A stretch of DNA of 64,000 nt from Vicugna vicugna (Eukaryota): contig MU057984.1 in NCBI GenBank assembly GCA_013265495.1, forward strand, positions 1-64,000, read 5' to 3'. The notes beneath the pieces were generated by a model that was not told where the DNA came from, made no database searches, and saw nothing but the letters and a program-made list of their open reading frames with translations. Position 1 is the first letter of the stretch, and the number at the start of each line of letters is the position of its first letter. A program made the translations under genes and the position numbers. Positions 62,000 to 64,000 of this stretch are shown piece after piece.

Positions 62000-62410
62000 T
62001 TCCTGCTATTTATCAGTCATGTAAATATATTTTTATTATAAAATTAACAATCAGTGTGGAAAATTCAGAAAATCCAGAAGAGCACAAAGAAGAAAATAAA
62101 TTTTAGTTCTATACTGTAACAATAACTCCAATTATTTTGGTGTATTTACTACAAATATTTTATATCTTTTTGGGGGGGGTTTGTTATATTATCATGAACA
62201 TCTTTTCATATCCTTAAACATTCTGTAAAAGGACTTTTAATGCTTGTATACTGTTTTACTGTATTCAGGTAATACATTATTGATTTAACTACATTGCTAT
62301 AGTTAGGAATCTGTTTTTTAACATTTTTTAATATTGTAATGTGGTGCATGGGCTGGAATATAATCCTCTAATTCACAGTAGATATGTGCTTTATATATTT
62401 CTCTTTTTAA
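62000..62410 (-). mobile_element. Ancient L1ME-type 3'UTR fragment
   Basis: GGAAAATTCAGAAAAT..AAAGAAGAAAATAAA..CATGAACATCTTTTCAT. Confidence 0.5.
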
Positions 62411-62419
62411 TCATCTAAT

Positions 62420-62882
62420 ATCCCTGTCTTGGCTCACCAACACTTTCTATCACACTATCTTGGAAACAATAATTAGTCAAGGGGTGTTTTCATGACCTAA
62501 GTATAGGTCAATCCGAGAATTTTCTGGTTTGATAGAGACATGCTAGGAGAATAGGAGGAGAAATGCTCTTTTATCTCTGGAGTTGCTAAAGCAGACAGGG
62601 TGGAAATCTGTACCTGCTGGGGGCTGTATTTTCTTCTTTGAGAGGAAACCTATCTGAAGAATGAAGTCAAGTGAAACAAGCAGAGAGGAATGATAAATGA
62701 AGTCCAGGAAAAGTCCTGCATGTGCTGGTCCTGACTGCTTGACCTTGGGCCATGGGTATTGCAACTCTGAACTCCCTTAGTATTCTTTGTGGCTTTAGAA
62801 GCAGCCACACTTCCACTTTCTGTTTGCATTATTTTGAGTCGTGTAACCATCAGTTGCCACTGAAAAAAAAACTTTTACTGTA
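62420..62882 (+). mobile_element. Old MaLR (MLT1-type) LTR
   Basis: CATGACCTAAG..GGTCAATC, CTATCTGAAGAATGAAGTCAA, ..CAGTTGCCACTGAAA end. Confidence 0.5.
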
Positions 62883-62910
62883 GCATCTATAATTTCCTTT
62901 TGAGGACTGC

Positions 62911-63066
62911 TTTTTTTTTAATTGAAATATAGTCAGTTTACAATGCTGCATCAATTTCTGGTGTTCAGCATAATGTTTCAGTCATACCTATACATACATA
63001 TATTCCTTCTCATATTCTTTTTCATTATGGGTTACTACAAGATATTGAATGTAGTTCCCTGTGCTA
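62911..63066 (-). mobile_element. Young L1 3' end
   Basis: T-run, then AATTGAAATATAGTCAGTTTACAATG..GTAGTTCCCTGTGCTA; same family as 5892. Confidence 0.85.
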
Positions 63067-63454
63067 CTTCTTAAAGTAGATATTATGGCTCAAAGAATAA
63101 TATTTCAAAGCTATTGGTACATATTGCAAAATTGAATTCCAGAGAATTAACATCAATTTGTACTCCATTAGTAATAAACGTACACCAATGACAGATTTCT
63201 GAAAAATCCCCAAATGATGATATGCCTGTGAGCATGAGGTTGATAATTCTCAATCTTCATTTTATGTATTCCACCAATATTGATAGAACAGCTCCTACAG
63301 TGTACCAGGAATTTTCCATGAATTAGAGTACAAAGACGAAGAACACACAGGCCTAACTTAAAGGAGTTCACATCTGGCTGGGGAAGGAGAAGGCTTTCCA
63401 TCCAAATATATCATGATGTGATCAGTGATAAAACAATAACAAGCTTGGAAAACG

Positions 63455-64000
63455 AGCAAATGGGAGGTGATCAGCACGTGGACTGGCTTTGCAGGACTGA
63501 CAGAAGCTATACAATTTTAAGGTTTCTCCATAAGAGGGAATGAGAAGTGTGGAGCAGGCACCTCCATAGAAAAATCTGAGAAAGCTGCAGAAAGGTATTT
63601 CTCTTCTGAAGTCACTCAGTAAAAACTGCAAGAGGTGACTGTTTCTTCAAATGAGAAGTCAGTACTGTAAGACTTCAAGAAACATGAAAAAATATGATAC
63701 TACCAAAGGAACACAATTTTCCAGTAACTGACCCCCAAAGAAATGGAGATGATTATACTGCATAGTACAGGGAAATATAAACAAGATCTTGTGGCAGCTC
63801 ACAGTGAGAAAAAAAAAATGTGACAATGAATATATGTATGTTCATATATAACTGAAAAATTGTGCTCTACACTAGAATTTGACACAACATTGTAAAATGA
63901 CTTACTCAACAAAAAAAAAAGTTAAAAAAATTTGAAAAATAAAAATAAAAATAATCAATTCAAAAAAAAAAGAAATGGAGATCTTCAATTTGCCTGATAA
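63455..64000 (+). mobile_element. L1 5'UTR/ORF1 start, interrupted by a young L1 3' fragment
   Basis: AAGAAACATGAAAAA..ACCAAAGGAACAC..CCAGTAACTGACCCCCAAAGAAATGGAGAT|CTTCAATTTGCCTGA, the ORF1 N-terminal pattern. Confidence 0.7.
63751..63968 (+). mobile_element. Young L1 3' end with A-tail
   Basis: Perfect 14-bp TSD AAAGAAATGGAGAT (63737-63750 / 63969-63982). Confidence 0.88.

Noticed and set aside
63469..63490. REST/RE1 site (TCAGCACGTGGAC)
   Set aside because: Half-site spacing and right half deviate from the RE1 consensus, and it lies in L1 5'UTR-derived sequence.

Overview
Mammalian, AT-rich, repeat-dense genomic DNA. It is most probably camelid (alpaca/llama/camel), judged from a tRNA-Ala(AGC)-derived vic-1-type SINE. 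No protein-coding gene can be recognised: the supplied ORFs are decayed L1 ORF1/ORF2 pieces or chance ORFs in repeats. The window is dominated by L1 fragments of several ages and about 20 solo LTRs (mostly ERV1-like, many with readable target-site duplications and several nested), plus MIR, L2, MaLR and DNA-transposon fossils. The most interesting signals are: (i) an NF-Y/RFX/octamer/MARE-like motif cluster at ~56.9 kb followed by two splice-site-bounded micro-exon candidates; (ii) a palindromic AT-rich expansion at 23.7-24.0 kb; (iii) a 38-bp polyadenylated micro-retrocopy with a perfect 16-bp TSD; (iv) two nested 5'-inverted (twin-primed) L1s; and (v) three L1s that keep both ends but lack their middle. 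I see no convincing evidence of a new biological system. Repeat family names come from recalled consensus sequences, not from a database search.
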